Part shown: one piece after another, positions 62,971 through 64,000 of the stretch
Layout of the letters: every line of letters begins with the position of its first letter
Numbering within the stretch: position 1 is the stretch's first letter
Assembly: GCA_965214095.1 (NCBI GenBank)
Contig: OZ243938.1
Location: forward strand, 4,544,001-4,608,000
Direction: 5' to 3'
DNA length: 64,000 nt
Source: Candidatus Poribacteria bacterium
Lineage (GTDB): Bacteria; Poribacteria; WGA-4E; WGA-3G
Translations under genes and position numbers: made by a program
The notes under the pieces: model-generated
Told to the model about the DNA's origin: nothing
The model's database searches: none
Seen by the model: the letters and a program-made list of their open reading frames with translations, nothing else

Positions 62971-64000
62971 TTATTCTGCGATACAGTATAGATGATTAGT
63001 GCCACGCAGATATAATTCTGAACCAACGATTGCAGGTGATGCGTTAAAACTTTCGTCAAGGCGGTTTACTGCTAACACCTTAAGGGGCGGTCCATCTTCT
63101 AAAATTGCAACAGAACCGTTCCGGTCAGCAATATATATTCTACCAGCTGCTCCAACAATTGATGCATACACATTTGAGATTCCTTGAACCCTATGTGGAC
63201 CATAGATTACCTCTCCACTACTTATTTCAATAGCAGTGAGTATATTATCATTTCTTTTTAGGAAATAGATAATATTACCGCTCAGTAGTGCAGATGGCAC
63301 ATAGGGTGTATCTCTGTCATATTGCCAATCAACAGCCTCTGTTCCAGTAATATCACCAGAAGCGAGTTCAAGGTTTATGGATTGTATTGAGAATCCACCG
63401 TGTCCACTCATAACATAGACGTGTCCATTCTTATAGATGGGTGATGGAATAATATTTCTTGTTAAACCGCCACATTCCCAGACCAAATCACCATTTGTTA
63501 TATTGTAACTTCTGGTACGATTGGATGCAGGAACGATTACTTGTGAGATGCCGTTGTAATCAACAACGATTGGAGATGTCCATGTTGTTGGTTCATCCCT
63601 ATCCATCTTCCATATTTCATCACCTGTGTGCTTATTAAGAGCAATTATGAAAGATTGTCCTTCATGGTCTTGTAGAATAACGATTGTATCTCCATGGATA
63701 ATTGGACAACTACCCTCTCCGAAGGTGTTTCTCTTATTCATGATCCCAATATGTTTTTCCCACTTGATATTGCCTTTAAAATCTAAACAGTAAAGACCGC
63801 GTGAACCGAAATATGCATAGATATGTTCACCATCTGTCACAGGAGAATTAGATGCGAAACTTGCATCGTTATGTATACCTTCGTGGGGTTTTGATTGGTT
63901 CAATGTCTTTTGCCATTTAATGCTGCCATCACTTCGGTTTAACACAAGAAGGTCAAACTTGAATATAGGCAGGGGTCTATTTCTTCTCCTGCCTCGTCTC
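62971..64000 (-). CDS. PQQ-binding-like beta-propeller paralog (start outside window)
   Basis: Close paralog of 61515-62933; frame stays open from 63945 to the edge (RRGRRRNRPLPIFKFDLLVLNR). Confidence 0.88.
   Translation of the reverse strand, partial: RRGRRRNRPLPIFKFDLLVLNRSDGSIKWQKTLNQSKPHEGIHNDASFASNSPVTDGEHIYAYFGSRGLYCLDFKGNIKWEKHIGIMNKRNTFGEGSCPIIHGDTIVILQDHEGQSFIIALNKHTGDEIWKMDRDEPTTWTSPIVVDYNGISQVIVPASNRTRSYNITNGDLVWECGGLTRNIIPSPIYKNGHVYVMSGHGGFSIQSINLELASGDITGTEAVDWQYDRDTPYVPSALLSGNIIYFLKRNDNILTAIEISSGEVIYGPHRVQGISNVYASIVGAAGRIYIADRNGSVAILEDGPPLKVLAVNRLDESFNASPAIVGSELYLRGTNHLYCIAE

Overview
AT-rich bacterial chromosome segment. The gene content (tandem PhyH dioxygenases, DUF1501, PQQ-like beta-propellers, a 3393-aa secreted TPR/LamG protein, many sugar-catabolism genes) suggests Candidatus Poribacteria or a similar lineage; this is inference only. 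About 45 CDS, mostly housekeeping or carbohydrate metabolism. No rRNA, tRNA or CRISPR array was seen. Highlights: (1) an ECF sigma factor fused in-frame to a complete FtsZ-like GTPase core, with an internal RBS+ATG at the junction. (2) A TnpB-only IS200/IS605 element inserted after TTTAA in that gene's C-terminal tail; removing it in silico extends the frame by 49 codons. (3) A separate omegaRNA-like locus with its own consensus promoter and covarying stems but no intact tnpB. (4) An Omp85 protein carrying DUF4097-like and CBM9-like N-terminal domains. (5) An MDH-fold protein lacking every catalytic motif, next to a 918-aa unknown. (6) Several MITE families that each enclose GTAG-type REP hairpins. 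All calls are by-eye motif recognition; no searches were run.
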